Positions 28,484 to 40,322 of a stretch of 64,000 bases of DNA are shown here, piece by piece (positions within the stretch are counted from its first letter, which is position 1; the number at the start of each line of letters is the position of its first letter). Source of the stretch: Dehalococcoidia bacterium. Its GTDB lineage: Bacteria > Chloroflexota > Dehalococcoidia > Bin125. The notes under the pieces were generated by a model. The model ran no database searches and was not told the DNA's origin. It saw only the letters and a program-made list of their open reading frames with translations. The position numbers and the translations under genes are program-made. Location of the stretch: positions 768,001 to 832,000 of the forward strand of contig CAXXSR010000001.1 of NCBI GenBank assembly GCA_963662615.2. The letters run 5' to 3'.

Positions 28484-29611
28484 TTAGGCGTCCGCCTCGC
28501 CCTTCACCGCCTCCCACCGACGGATCAGCTCCGCCACGTCGAGGTCGCGCATGTCGAGGCCGGCCGCCTCCAGCGACCGCTCCAGCGCCCGGAAGCGCCG
28601 CTCAAACTTCGCGCTCGCCCCCCGCAGCGCCGACTCCGCGTCGATCTCGTGGCGCCGGGCGAAGTCGGCGATGACGAAGAGCAGGTCGCCCAACTCCTCT
28701 TCCGCCTGCGCCGACCGTCCCGCAACGGGAAGGACCGAGGCCAGCTCCCGCACCTCCTCCGTGAGCTTGCCCAGCAGGGCCTCGTCGTCCGGCCAGGCGA
28801 AGCCGCGTCGCGCCGCCCGCCCCGCCAGGCTCTGCGCCCGCGCCAGCGATGGCAGCGTCGGCGGCACCCCCTCCAGCGCGGAGGCGTCATCCTCGCGCTC
28901 GGCCGCCTTCAGCTCATCCCAGCGGGCTACGACCTCGTCCGGCGTCTTCGCCTCGGCGTCGCCGAACACGTGCGGGTGCCGTTGCACCAGCTTGGCGCGG
29001 ATGCTCTCGCTGACTCCGTCCAGGTCGAACTCGCCCGCCTGCTGCGCGATCTGGGCGTGCAGCACGACCTGCATCAGCAGGTCGCCCAGCTCCTCCCGCA
29101 GCGCCGCCGGGTCGCCCCGGTCGAGCGCGCTCAGCACCTCGTACGTCTCCTCCAGCAGGTGCGGTCGCAGCGAGTGATGGTCCTGCGCCAGGTCCCAGGG
29201 ACAGCCGTTCTCGGGATCACGCAATCGCGCGATCACCCCCCGCAGGCCGAGAAAGTCGCCGCGCACCTCCTCCGCCGCGACGGCCGGCAGCGCCATCGCC
29301 AGCAGATCCGTTCGCTCGGCTAGCCCCCCGCGCGCGATCTCGCCCACACTGATCGCGCTGCGGCCGAGCCGTCCGGCGTTGTCGCCACGGGTAAGGACGA
29401 GCGCTCCCGTCTCCGGCGGATACTTGGCCAGCGCATCGGTGTTGAGCGCGTCGGCGTGGAGCGCGTCGGGCGTATCGCACAGCAGCAGGAGCGGACGCGT
29501 GGGATCGACGGCGCGCAGCTGCGCGACGTCGGCGATCTGCAGTCCCGCCGCGACGTCCAGGTTGGCCGCCGCGATCAGCGCCTCCAACGAAGCCTTGGCG
29601 GCAGCGGCCAT
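28484..29611 (-). CDS. mazG: Nucleoside triphosphate pyrophosphohydrolase MazG
   Basis: RLRDPENGCPWD, EETYEV, EELGDLL, RHPHVFG, EELGDLLF, KFERRF. Confidence 0.95.
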   Translation of the reverse strand: MAAAAKASLEALIAAANLDVAAGLQIADVAQLRAVDPTRPLLLLCDTPDALHADALNTDALAKYPPETGALVLTRGDNAGRLGRSAISVGEIARGGLAERTDLLAMALPAVAAEEVRGDFLGLRGVIARLRDPENGCPWDLAQDHHSLRPHLLEETYEVLSALDRGDPAALREELGDLLMQVVLHAQIAQQAGEFDLDGVSESIRAKLVQRHPHVFGDAEAKTPDEVVARWDELKAAEREDDASALEGVPPTLPSLARAQSLAGRAARRGFAWPDDEALLGKLTEEVRELASVLPVAGRSAQAEEELGDLLFVIADFARRHEIDAESALRGASAKFERRFRALERSLEAAGLDMRDLDVAELIRRWEAVKGEADA

Positions 29612-29760
29612 CCCGGCGCAATCCTCCGCAATCGATACACTGGTGAGGCGGTGCGGCGCCCGCCGACTCTGATGCCCGAGCCGCACTGTCTGTATCAGGA
29701 GTCCGTATCAGGAGCCCCGCATCAGCAGCCTAGCGTAGGCGCGGAGATCGAGAGGGGCGA

Positions 29761-30552
29761 GTGGCGCTCGTACGCCGATCACTGACGGCCGCCCGGCCGC
29801 CGCGCGCGGCGCGCCCCTGGCTCTGGCGCCTGGCGCTCTTCCTCTTCGCGCTCGCCGTGCTGACGCTGCCCATCGCCTGGAGCGTGCGCTTCAGCGCCGA
29901 ATCAGGCTGGTGGTGGGAGCGCGGCTTCGACCGCTACGACGCCGCCGCCCGCAGCGGCCTCTCGCGCGCCGAGGTCGAGCGCGCCGGCGCGGAGCTGCGC
30001 GCCTACTTCCAGTCCGACGACGAGTTCGTCGACATCGCGGTCACCAACGTCGCGGGCCAAGAGGAGATCCTCTTCACGCCGCGGGAGGTGCAGCACCTCG
30101 TGGACGTCAAGCGCCTGCTGGAGCGCACCTACGATGCCGGCTGGGCCGCCCTCGGCTTCATCATCGCGTTCGTGGCGGGCGTCGCGTATTGGCGTCGCCG
30201 CCGCGCCGCCGTCTCCCTGGCGCGGGCCGGCGTCTTCGCGGGTGGCGGTGTGGTGGCGGCGATCTTCGCGCTGGGCATTGTCGCGGTCACGGGCTTCGAC
30301 GGCGCCTTCCGCCAGTTCCACCTGCTCTTCTTCACCAACGACCTCTGGCAGCTCTCATCGAACGACCGCTTGATCCAGCTGTTCCCGCAGGGCTTCTTCT
30401 TCGAGACCACGCTGCTGATCGGCGCCGTCACCATCGCCTTCGCCCTGGCCATCGCGCTGGCCGGCTGGTGGCGCCTGCGCCGACCGGCAGGCGGTATGGG
30501 CGAGTCGTCCGGCCTCGTGGAGCGAAAGTCGGAACGGGTGCAAGCGGGCTAG
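29761..30552 (+). CDS. TIGR01906/DUF1461 integral membrane protein
   Basis: FTPREVQHLVDVKRL, FDGAFRQFHLLFFTNDLW, LIQLFPQGFF. Confidence 0.85.
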   Translation: MALVRRSLTAARPPRAARPWLWRLALFLFALAVLTLPIAWSVRFSAESGWWWERGFDRYDAAARSGLSRAEVERAGAELRAYFQSDDEFVDIAVTNVAGQEEILFTPREVQHLVDVKRLLERTYDAGWAALGFIIAFVAGVAYWRRRRAAVSLARAGVFAGGGVVAAIFALGIVAVTGFDGAFRQFHLLFFTNDLWQLSSNDRLIQLFPQGFFFETTLLIGAVTIAFALAIALAGWWRLRRPAGGMGESSGLVERKSERVQAG

Positions 30553-30579
30553 CGCCGCTCTCTGTGACGTCAGACGGGG

Positions 30580-30822
30580 TCAGTTGAGGCTTCCGCAGCC
30601 ACAGGCCCCCCGCCCGCAGGCGCAGCCGCCGCTAGGCGCACTCATGGCATCCGGCGCCGCCTCCGCAGCCCGACCGCCTGCCACGGCCGGGGCCGAAACC
30701 GAAATCGTCCGGGCGGCGCGATGCCCCATCGCGCAGCGGTCCTGCGCGCTGGCAGCGGACATGGGCCGCAAGCGCGTGAAAGTTTGGTTGCACATCGAGC
30801 AGTAATACTCGTACAGGGGCAT
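30580..30822 (-). CDS. FmdB family zinc ribbon protein
   Basis: MPLYEYYCSMC...F; C-terminal GGCACGRGACGC. Confidence 0.85.
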   Translation of the reverse strand: MPLYEYYCSMCNQTFTRLRPMSAASAQDRCAMGHRAARTISVSAPAVAGGRAAEAAPDAMSAPSGGCACGRGACGCGSLN

Positions 30823-30851
30823 GCCCGTCCGCCTTCCCGTCCGCGCCGCAC

Positions 30852-32692
<1,841 letters not shown>

Positions 32693-32696
<4 letters not shown>

Positions 32697-34681
32697 GCGT
32701 CGCCCCCCTCAGCGGGCGTGATGGCCTTCCCACCCGCATGCAGTTCCCGCGCCGTGGCCTGGCTCTCCAGGACGCTCCGCGCCGCCCCGCTGATGGCCGT
32801 GGCGTCCGCGGGCTCATCCGCGTTGCTCAGGGCGGCTGCCGCCAGCGCCAGGGGATCACCGTGATATTCACGCTCATGTTCGGCAATGGTCTGACTCTGC
32901 AAGCGCAGCACCTCTCGCAGGCGTCGCTCTCGCAGCCGCGCCACGGTCTGTCGCGCCGCCTGACACGCCTGCTCGCTGGAGAAGGGAGCCAGATCGCTCG
33001 CGGCCTCCTGCAACGGCTCCAGGTAGTCGCGCAGGGCGGGCCCCAACTCGCTTTGCCACGTCTCCACGTCGGTGGCGGCGAGACGCCGCCGCAGCAGCTC
33101 ACGCGCCACGCCGTCGTCGATCAGCTCCGCCGTCTCCGCCCCGATCTCCGCAACGACCTCCGGTCGCGCGACCACCAGCTTCAGCAGGAACGACGCAAGC
33201 GAGTCGCTCGGCGGCGGCGCCGCCTGGGCCGTCGCGGGCGCGGCCGCCGCCGCCCGGCTGCGGCGCGCCGGCTGCCCTGCGCTTTCGGCCATTCGCCGTC
33301 GCAGTTCACGGGCGTCCACGCGCGCTTGCCCGGCCAGCCTCTGCAGGTACTCCTCGCGGACCACGGGCTCCGTGATGGCGCCCACCAGCGGCAGCAGCTC
33401 CTCCACCAGCGCCGCCCGCTCCCGCGGCAGGCGCAGTTCGCGCGCGGCTTTTGCGCGCGCGAAGCGGTAGTCCAAGAACGGCGGTGCTTCCCGGACCAAT
33501 GTGGCCCAGCGCTCCGGGTCCCGGCGGATCAAGGTGTCGGGGTCCTGGCCGGGGGGCAGTGCAATGATCCGGATGTCCGCCGCAAGCTCGTCCTGCAGGC
33601 TGACCAGCCGGCGCGCCGTGATGGTCGCGAATCGCTCCGCCCTCGGAGTGTGCGCCAGCCACTCGGCGCGGGCGCTCTGCGACAGCGCCGCGACGTCCGG
33701 CACCTTCGCTGTGCCCATCGCTTCGCTGGTCGTCTCAATCCCGCGCAGCGTCGCCGCCGCGCCGGCGGCGTCGGGGTCCAGGGCCAACCTGATGTTGCGC
33801 GTCAGCGGCTTGATCAGGGCCACCTGCTTTTCCGTCAGCGCCGTCCCCAGCGACGCCAGCACGTTCAGCTGGCCGTGCTGGTGCGCCGCGATCACGTCCA
33901 TGTAGCCCTCAACGATGATGGCCTGGTCGGCTCGCCGGATCGCCTCTCGCGCCCGGTCCAGCCCGTACAGCAGACTGCTCTTGTCGAAGACGTCCGTCTG
34001 CGCCGTGTTGAGATACTTCGCCCCGCCGCCCTGGAGGATGCGACCGCCAAATCCCACACAGCGCCCGCGCCCATCACGAATGGGGAAGACCAGCCGCCCG
34101 CGGAAGCGGTCAACGTGGCCCCGTTCGCCTTCCAAGGCCAGTCCGGCGGCCACGGCCTCGGCGCTGCTGAAGCCCCGCGCGCTCAAGTAGCCCAACAGGG
34201 CGTCGCCGCGATCGGGGGCGTAGCCCACCGCGAACGCTTCGCTGACCTCGTCGCTGAGCCCCCGCGCCTCTACGTAGGCGCGGGCCTCGTCCGCTTCCGG
34301 TTCGCGCAACAGCTGCGTGCGGTAGAACGTGGCCGCGGTCTCGTTCGCGCTGCGCAGCCGCTCGCGTCGCTTCTGCTCCTCTTCCGCGCGCGCGTCCAGC
34401 GGCGTCAGCGGCAGGCCGGCCCGATCCGCCAGCGCACGCAGCGCCTCGCGAAAGTCCACCCCCTCCCGCTTCATCACCCAGGAGAAGATGTCGCCGCCCT
34501 CGCTGCAGGCGCCGAAGCAGTGCCAGGTCTGGCGGCTTGGATCGACGACGAACGACGGCGTCCGCTCGGCGTGAAACGGGCAGAGCGCCGTGTGGCGGCG
34601 CCCGCTCTGGCGCAGCTGCACGCCCTCACCGACCAGATCAACGATGTCGACGCGCGCCTTGATCTCGTCAACCAGTGTCAA
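32693..34681 (-). CDS. dnaG: DNA primase
   Basis: [17 protein letters not shown] Zn finger, FGGR, KYLNT, VEGYMDV, DPDAAG. Confidence 0.97.
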
Positions 34682-34742
34682 TGCGGAATCGCCTCAGGAG
34701 AATTCCGCCCCGGGTGGGCGGAAGCTGCCAGCATCCATGCTC

Positions 34743-34774
34743 GTCAAATGGCCCATTTGACAACGAGTGTATCA
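34743..34774 (-). promoter_or_regulatory. Extended -10 promoter (TGaTACACT) with a perfect palindrome near the predicted TSS of dnaG-rpoD
   Basis: GTCAAATGG-C-CCATTTGAC at 34743-34761; TACACT on the minus strand at 34766-34771. Confidence 0.5.
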
Positions 34775-34849
34775 GATAGGGATGCGCGCCGGAGCGCGCA
34801 GTTGACAATCAATCTGAATCAGCCGCTCTGGATCGGTGGGCGGCTCCAG

Positions 34850-36550
34850 TCAGGGCGTGATGGTGATCGTGACCAGATTGTTGCCCTCGTTCGCCTCGGC
34901 GATTTCGTTGCCGGGATCAATGATGGCGGAGAGTTCGCCGGCGCCCTCGATCGGCGTCGCACCGGTCAGCGTCAGCGATCCTTGGACCGCCAGCACCCCC
35001 GTGAACGAGAGCTGCTCCGCGGCCTGGCCGTTGAAGAGCAGGAGCACGCGCAGCGTCCCCGAGAAGTTCGCGGCGCCGACATTGCCGATCCGCACGATCG
35101 CCCGACGGTCCTGGCTGAGTTCCAGCCCTTGCGCCACCAGGTCTGGACCCACGGCGGGCTGGAACAGGGCCGTGATCTCGTTATTGCCTTCGTCCAGCTC
35201 CGCCACGGCGTTGCCGCCGTCCAGCAGCACGGTGATCTCCAGCTCCTCGTTCAGGACGGTGGGCAGCGTGATCGCCTGCGACCCGCCCCGCGACAGTGTC
35301 AGCGTCTTCTCCGTCTCCGCCAGCAGGACGCGATCCGCCGTCCGCTCCACGCTGATCAGAACGGTCGCCGACTGGATCGCCGCCTCGCCCTGGTTGGCGA
35401 CGGTGACCACCACCCTGTTCCCCTCGCCGACGGTAATCGCGAGGGGCACGAGGTCCGGAAGGGGCCCCTCAGTGCTCTCCTCTCCCTCCAGGACGCGAAT
35501 CTCCACCCGGGCGTCGAAGCGCTGGCCGGATTCAGAGAAGGCCACCGCCTGCACGCTGTAGTCGCCGGGCGCGGGCGGCTGGAAGGGGATGGAGAGGCGG
35601 TAGCTGCCATCCGGCAAGCGATCGGGCTCCAGGTTCAGGAGGAAGTCGGCGTTGACGTATACCTCCAGGTTGACGATTCGCCCGGTGTCCTCGGCCGCGA
35701 TGTCGAGGTCGATGCTGAGATCCTCTGCGTATGGGAACTCGTCCCCGTCTTGGGGATCACGGATGCTGAGGAGGCCCAGTTGGTCGCTGTCGTCGTCGGC
35801 CGGGGAGCCCGCCCCGCCCCCTTCCGTCACCGCTTCGCCCACCACCTCCACGGTCACCTCAGTGACCCCCTCCTGCCCGCTGAGCGTGCGCGCGCGCACC
35901 CGCAGAGTGACGACCCCGGGCGCGCGCGGGGTCCAGTTCAGGACCGCCACCGAGCCGCCGCCCTCCGATGTCTCGGCCGGGGCGCTGTCCACCTCCAGCC
36001 CGTCAACCTCCAGCGTGAACGTGGCGGCGGGCTCACCGACGTCGCCGCCGGCCTGGACCAAGACGGCCAGCGATTCGTCCACCGGGACGCGTTGGGCGGA
36101 ACGTGGCGAGAGAACCCCGACCTGGAGGGTGGCCGGCAGGCGCGACGGATCGTCGGTCACCTCGACGCGGAACGTCAGCTCGCTCACCTTGCCGCTGACG
36201 CTGACGGCGCGGATCGTCAAGTCGGCGAAGCCGAGCCGCTCGGGGGCCCAACTGAAGGTGGCGATGAAATCCCCCTGCGTGGGATCTTCCACGGGCTGAG
36301 CGTCGCGGCCGACCGGTTCATCGTCCACCACCAGCTCAACGCTGGTCACCGGCTCGGTGTCGCGCACCGTCACCCGAATCTCGATCGGCTCGCCCAGCAA
36401 CACGATGTCGTCGTCGCGCAGGGAGGAGACCACCACCGCATCTTCGGCGCGGCCGTCGCCGTCGACGAGCACGACGATGACGATGGCCGCGATGAGGGCG
36501 ACGACCCCCAGCAACATGGCGATCAAGATGGAGCCGACACGGCTCGTCAT
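34850..36550 (-). CDS. Membrane-anchored/secreted Ig-like and CARDB domain protein
   Basis: N-terminal TM; Ig-like repeats; two CARDB motifs (PDL...VANQG...AELDEGNN; PDL...AEANEGNN). Confidence 0.8.
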   Translation of the reverse strand: MTSRVGSILIAMLLGVVALIAAIVIVVLVDGDGRAEDAVVVSSLRDDDIVLLGEPIEIRVTVRDTEPVTSVELVVDDEPVGRDAQPVEDPTQGDFIATFSWAPERLGFADLTIRAVSVSGKVSELTFRVEVTDDPSRLPATLQVGVLSPRSAQRVPVDESLAVLVQAGGDVGEPAATFTLEVDGLEVDSAPAETSEGGGSVAVLNWTPRAPGVVTLRVRARTLSGQEGVTEVTVEVVGEAVTEGGGAGSPADDDSDQLGLLSIRDPQDGDEFPYAEDLSIDLDIAAEDTGRIVNLEVYVNADFLLNLEPDRLPDGSYRLSIPFQPPAPGDYSVQAVAFSESGQRFDARVEIRVLEGEESTEGPLPDLVPLAITVGEGNRVVVTVANQGEAAIQSATVLISVERTADRVLLAETEKTLTLSRGGSQAITLPTVLNEELEITVLLDGGNAVAELDEGNNEITALFQPAVGPDLVAQGLELSQDRRAIVRIGNVGAANFSGTLRVLLLFNGQAAEQLSFTGVLAVQGSLTLTGATPIEGAGELSAIIDPGNEIAEANEGNNLVTITITP

Positions 36551-36805
36551 AGAGTCCCTAACGCCCGTGCCTCACCCCACTGTTCCGCTACCCTAGCGGC
36601 CCCACGCCGCAGAGGCGAGAAGCCGCCCGCGCGCAGCCCGCGGACGAAGCATCCGCCGCCCCCGGGAGTGCCCGCAGCGCCCATCTCCGACCCTGCGGAG
36701 CGTGGAGGAGCTTGCCTTAAGCACAGACGCTGGGGCCGCTGCGGCTGTTCCGGCGCCACTGTGCCGGGTGCACGGTCCGCCGGCGGTTGCGCGGTCGGTG
36801 GCGCC

Positions 36806-38653
36806 TTACTCTACGGTCACCGTCTTGGCGAGGTTACGCGGCTGATCGACGTCGGCTCCGCGCGCCGTGGCCAGGAAGTAGGCGATCAGCTGCGCGGGCA
36901 CCGTCGTCGCGAAAGGGCTGATCAGCGGGTCGGTCTCGGGCACGGGGATGAAGCGGTCGGCCTGCGCTTCCAACTGGCGATCGCCCTCGGTGCCCACGGC
37001 GATCACCGTGCCATTGCGGGCCTGCACCTGCTGGATGCTGCTCCACATCTTGTCGTAGAGCGGATCGCGCGGGGCCAGCGCGATCACCGGCAGGCGCCGG
37101 TCGATCAGCGCAATCGGCCCGTGCTTCAACTCTCCTGCCGGATACCCCTCCGCGTGGATGTAGGACACCTCTTTGCACTTCAGCGCCCCCTCCAGAGCGA
37201 TGGGGTACTGCAGGCCGCGGCCCAGGTAGAGGAGGTTGTCCACGTCGCGAAAGTCTTGGGCAATGGCCTCGTACTGCCCCACCTGCTGCAGCATCTGGTC
37301 CACCAGCCCCGGCACGGTCAGGAGCGAGTCGATCGCCGCCTCCAGCGCGGCGCTGTCCAGCCACCCTCGCGCGGCGCCAATGCGGCAGGCCAGGAGATAG
37401 AGCGCGGCCATGGAGGCCGTGAACGTCTTGGTGGACGCCACGCCGATCTCGGGACCGCAGCGCAGGTAGACGGCAGCGCCGTCGCTGATGCGCGTCGCCT
37501 CCGCGCCGACCACATTGCAGACGGCGACCTGCGGCGCGCCCCAGCTCTCTTTGACGTGCGCCATGGCGCCCAGCGTGTCGACGGTCTCACCGGATTGCGT
37601 GACGGAGACCACCAGCGTCTCCGGGCCCAGCAGCGGCTGGCGGTGGCGGAACTCGGAGGCGTTGTCGTAGTCGGCGGGGATGCCGGCGAGCCGCTCCATG
37701 TACGTACGCCCCACCATGGCCGCGTGCATGGACGTGCCCATGCCGATGATCAGTACCCGCCGCAGGCCCCGCAGTTGCTCGTCGCTGAAGGGCACGTCTT
37801 CCAGCAGCAGCCCGGGCGGGTTGACATGCGCGCGGCCCCGGATCGTGTCGGAGAGGGCGCGGGGCTGCTCCATGATCTCCTTGAGCATGAAGTGTTTGTA
37901 CGGGCCTTTGACCACGGCCACCGGGTCCAGTCCCACCGCCTGCGGCGCCACCGGCACCGCGGCGCCCGCGACGCTCCAGATCGATGCGCCCTGCGCCGTC
38001 ACCTCCGCCCACTCGCCGTCCCGGAGATGCTGGACCCGGTCGGTGTGGGGGAGGAGTGGCGGCAGGTCACTGGCCACGAACATCTCCCCTTCGCCGAAGC
38101 CCAGGACAATGCCGCCGGCGTTGCCCAGTCGCGCCGCGTACAGGCGATCCGGCTGGGGCCGCCAGATGGCGACGATGGCGTTGCCCCCCCTGATCTCCTC
38201 CAGGGCTCCGCGGAAGGCGCTGCGGAAATCGCCCCCCTGGCGCAGATGCAGGCTGATCAGGTGCGGGATCACCTCCGTGTCGGTTTCGGTCTCACAAGTG
38301 ATCCCGGCCGCCTCCAGCCGGCCCAGCACCGATCGGTAGTTCTCCACGATGCCGTTGTGTACGACCACAACGTCGCCCGAGGAGGAGATGTGGGGATGGG
38401 CGTTGCGATCCGTCGCCGCGCCGTGCGTGGCCCAGCGCGTGTGGCCCACGCCCACTCCGCCGGCGGGTGGGGTAGCGAACGCCCGCGCCAGCTCGGCCAG
38501 CTTGCCGGCTCGCTTCAGGACCGCCAGGGCGCCGTCGTGATCGATGACGGCGATGCCGCTGCTGTCATAGCCGCGGTATTCGAGACGCTGGAGCCCCTCC
38601 AGCAGGATGGGGGCCGCCGCCTGCCGCCCCACGTAGCCGATGATGCCGCACAT
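36806..38653 (-). CDS. glmS: Glutamine--fructose-6-phosphate transaminase
   Basis: MCGIIG, LEYRGYDSSG, HTRWATHG, QSGET, PRNLAKTVTVE. Confidence 0.98.
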   Translation of the reverse strand: MCGIIGYVGRQAAAPILLEGLQRLEYRGYDSSGIAVIDHDGALAVLKRAGKLAELARAFATPPAGGVGVGHTRWATHGAATDRNAHPHISSSGDVVVVHNGIVENYRSVLGRLEAAGITCETETDTEVIPHLISLHLRQGGDFRSAFRGALEEIRGGNAIVAIWRPQPDRLYAARLGNAGGIVLGFGEGEMFVASDLPPLLPHTDRVQHLRDGEWAEVTAQGASIWSVAGAAVPVAPQAVGLDPVAVVKGPYKHFMLKEIMEQPRALSDTIRGRAHVNPPGLLLEDVPFSDEQLRGLRRVLIIGMGTSMHAAMVGRTYMERLAGIPADYDNASEFRHRQPLLGPETLVVSVTQSGETVDTLGAMAHVKESWGAPQVAVCNVVGAEATRISDGAAVYLRCGPEIGVASTKTFTASMAALYLLACRIGAARGWLDSAALEAAIDSLLTVPGLVDQMLQQVGQYEAIAQDFRDVDNLLYLGRGLQYPIALEGALKCKEVSYIHAEGYPAGELKHGPIALIDRRLPVIALAPRDPLYDKMWSSIQQVQARNGTVIAVGTEGDRQLEAQADRFIPVPETDPLISPFATTVPAQLIAYFLATARGADVDQPRNLAKTVTVE

Positions 38654-38695
38654 CGGCTGGGCGCATCCTCCCCCGTCGCGGCGCCTGCCCGGCCC

Positions 38696-40123
38696 CTAAC
38701 AGCTCGCGACCGCCCACGAGCGGCCGTTCGACCGGAGCGGCCGCGGCGCCGGCGTGCCGCCGCCCTCAACCGTCACCCACTCTATGACCTCGCTCAGGGT
38801 ATAGGCAAAAGTCAGGGGACAGCGCAGCGTTGCACTCAGCTCTTCGGAGCGCAGGTCGTCCAGGAAGCGGCGGCCGAAGTAGTCCAAGCTGGCGCGCGGG
38901 AGAAACAGTCGCTCGCTCCGAGCCAGACCGCGCGCCGACGCCAACTGCTCTGCGAAGTCCGAGCCCGGCAGGAGGCCGGCCACGTTGACACGCTCGCCGA
39001 ACAGCGTGTTGTGAATCGCGATCACGTCGATCCGTATGTCCAGCAGATCCGCCGCCTCCGCGGCGAGGCGGCGAAGCGTCGGCGCGATCAGGGCGCCGGT
39101 GGCGATGGTGACGTGGCGGAGCACTGGGGGGCCGTAGCGCCCCGCGCGGATCCGCCGGCGTGCCCGGCCCCAGTCGTCCATCAGCGTGCGCGTCATGCCC
39201 ACGCCGTTCTCCCACTGGGAGAAGCCGTCGTACAGGTTGGCGCTGGGGATCCGCGCTCCGGCGGTCAGGTAGAACTCATCCGACGGGTAGACGGTGGCGC
39301 CGTTGCGTGTCGCACAGGCGCGCTTCTGCCAGCGCCGGATCTGGCGGACGACAGCGCGCGCTTCAGCCGTCGTGCAGGCACGTATGCCCGGGTGCTTGAT
39401 GCGCTTTTCCCCCTCCAGGCTTGATCCCACCGGCACCACGCTAATGCCGAGGACGTTGGCGTGTCCCAGCAGCTCTCCCACCGTCTCGTCCAGCGCCGCG
39501 CCGTCGTTCACGCCGGGACAGAGCACCACCTGGGTCTGGACGCTGACGCCCATCCGCGCCAGGCGGCGGAGCTGTCCGCGAATGTCCGGGGCGCGTGGGT
39601 TCCCCAGCATCTCGCGCCGCAACGCCGGGTCGGTGGCGTGCACCGACACGTTGAGCGGACTGAGACGCTGCTCGCCCAAGCGCTGCCAGTCCGCCTCCTC
39701 CAGGTTCGTGAGCGTGACGAAGTTGCCGTGCAGGAACGAGAGACGGTAGTCGTCGTCCTTGACGTACAGGCTCTTGCGCAGACCCTTGGGCAGCCCTTTG
39801 AGGAAGCAGAAGAAACACTTGTTGTTGCAGAGCGTCGTCCCGCCGAAGGCGTCGTCGGCGAATTCGATGCCGAGCGGTTCGTCCGCCGGCTTCTCGAACT
39901 CCACGGCGCCCTCGACGCCGTCGTGACTGACCGTCAGGGTGACGACCTCTTCGGCAGTGCGAAAGCGGTAATCGAGCTGATCTTGGACGGGCCGCCCGTC
40001 CACCGCGAGGATGCGGTCGCCGGGGCGGAGCCCAGCCTCGGCGGCGAGGCTGCCAGCTTCGACGACGGAGATCTCGCCGCTGCGGCGTCGCTGCTTGGCG
40101 GCAGCGGGCGGTTCGCCGGCCAT
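38696..40123 (-). CDS. PDZ + radical SAM DUF512 protein
   Basis: GSLAAEAGLRPGDRI PDZ; CNNKCFFC; LYVKDDDYRLSFLHGNFVTLTN; ENGVGM. Confidence 0.9.
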   Translation of the reverse strand: MAGEPPAAAKQRRRSGEISVVEAGSLAAEAGLRPGDRILAVDGRPVQDQLDYRFRTAEEVVTLTVSHDGVEGAVEFEKPADEPLGIEFADDAFGGTTLCNNKCFFCFLKGLPKGLRKSLYVKDDDYRLSFLHGNFVTLTNLEEADWQRLGEQRLSPLNVSVHATDPALRREMLGNPRAPDIRGQLRRLARMGVSVQTQVVLCPGVNDGAALDETVGELLGHANVLGISVVPVGSSLEGEKRIKHPGIRACTTAEARAVVRQIRRWQKRACATRNGATVYPSDEFYLTAGARIPSANLYDGFSQWENGVGMTRTLMDDWGRARRRIRAGRYGPPVLRHVTIATGALIAPTLRRLAAEAADLLDIRIDVIAIHNTLFGERVNVAGLLPGSDFAEQLASARGLARSERLFLPRASLDYFGRRFLDDLRSEELSATLRCPLTFAYTLSEVIEWVTVEGGGTPAPRPLRSNGRSWAVASC

Positions 40124-40132
40124 GGGAGCGTC

Positions 40133-40278
40133 CTAGTCCTTTGCGATCTCCTCGATGCGCGCCACCACGGCGTCGATCGAGAAGTCCGGTGTGGAGGCGT
40201 CGGTCGTCACGCCGTCCGCCTCGTGCCTGTCGAACCAGTGCGGCAGAAGCTCAAGTCGCGCGATTTGATCACCTGCAT
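40133..40278 (-). pseudogene. ispH: ispH remnant (first ~12 and last ~37 codons joined out of frame)
   Basis: RBS AGGAGG + MQVIKSRDLSFC (IspH-like start ending in the first Fe-S Cys); LPHWFDRHEADGVTTDASTPDFSIDAVVARIEEIAKD* (IspH-like GVTAGASTP end); canonical cmk-plsC-ispH position. Confidence 0.8.
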
Positions 40279-40322
40279 CGCGCGTTCCCTCCTGGGCTGC
40301 TCTCCTCGTGGGGGAGGCGCGG

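Noticed and set aside
32738-39424. 2228-aa plus-strand ORF
   Set aside because: Antisense shadow of dnaG, the CARDB gene, glmS and DUF512 in high-GC DNA; no domain signal. The same applies to most other overlapping ORFs in the track.
40207-40278. 23-aa ORF (MQVIKSRDLSFCRTGSTGTRRTA*) as a RiPP precursor or Sec peptide for the downstream DUF512 radical SAM
   Set aside because: Both this start and the overlapping 3' frame match IspH termini at the canonical ispH position. The UGA read-through frame is not protein-like and has no clear SECIS.
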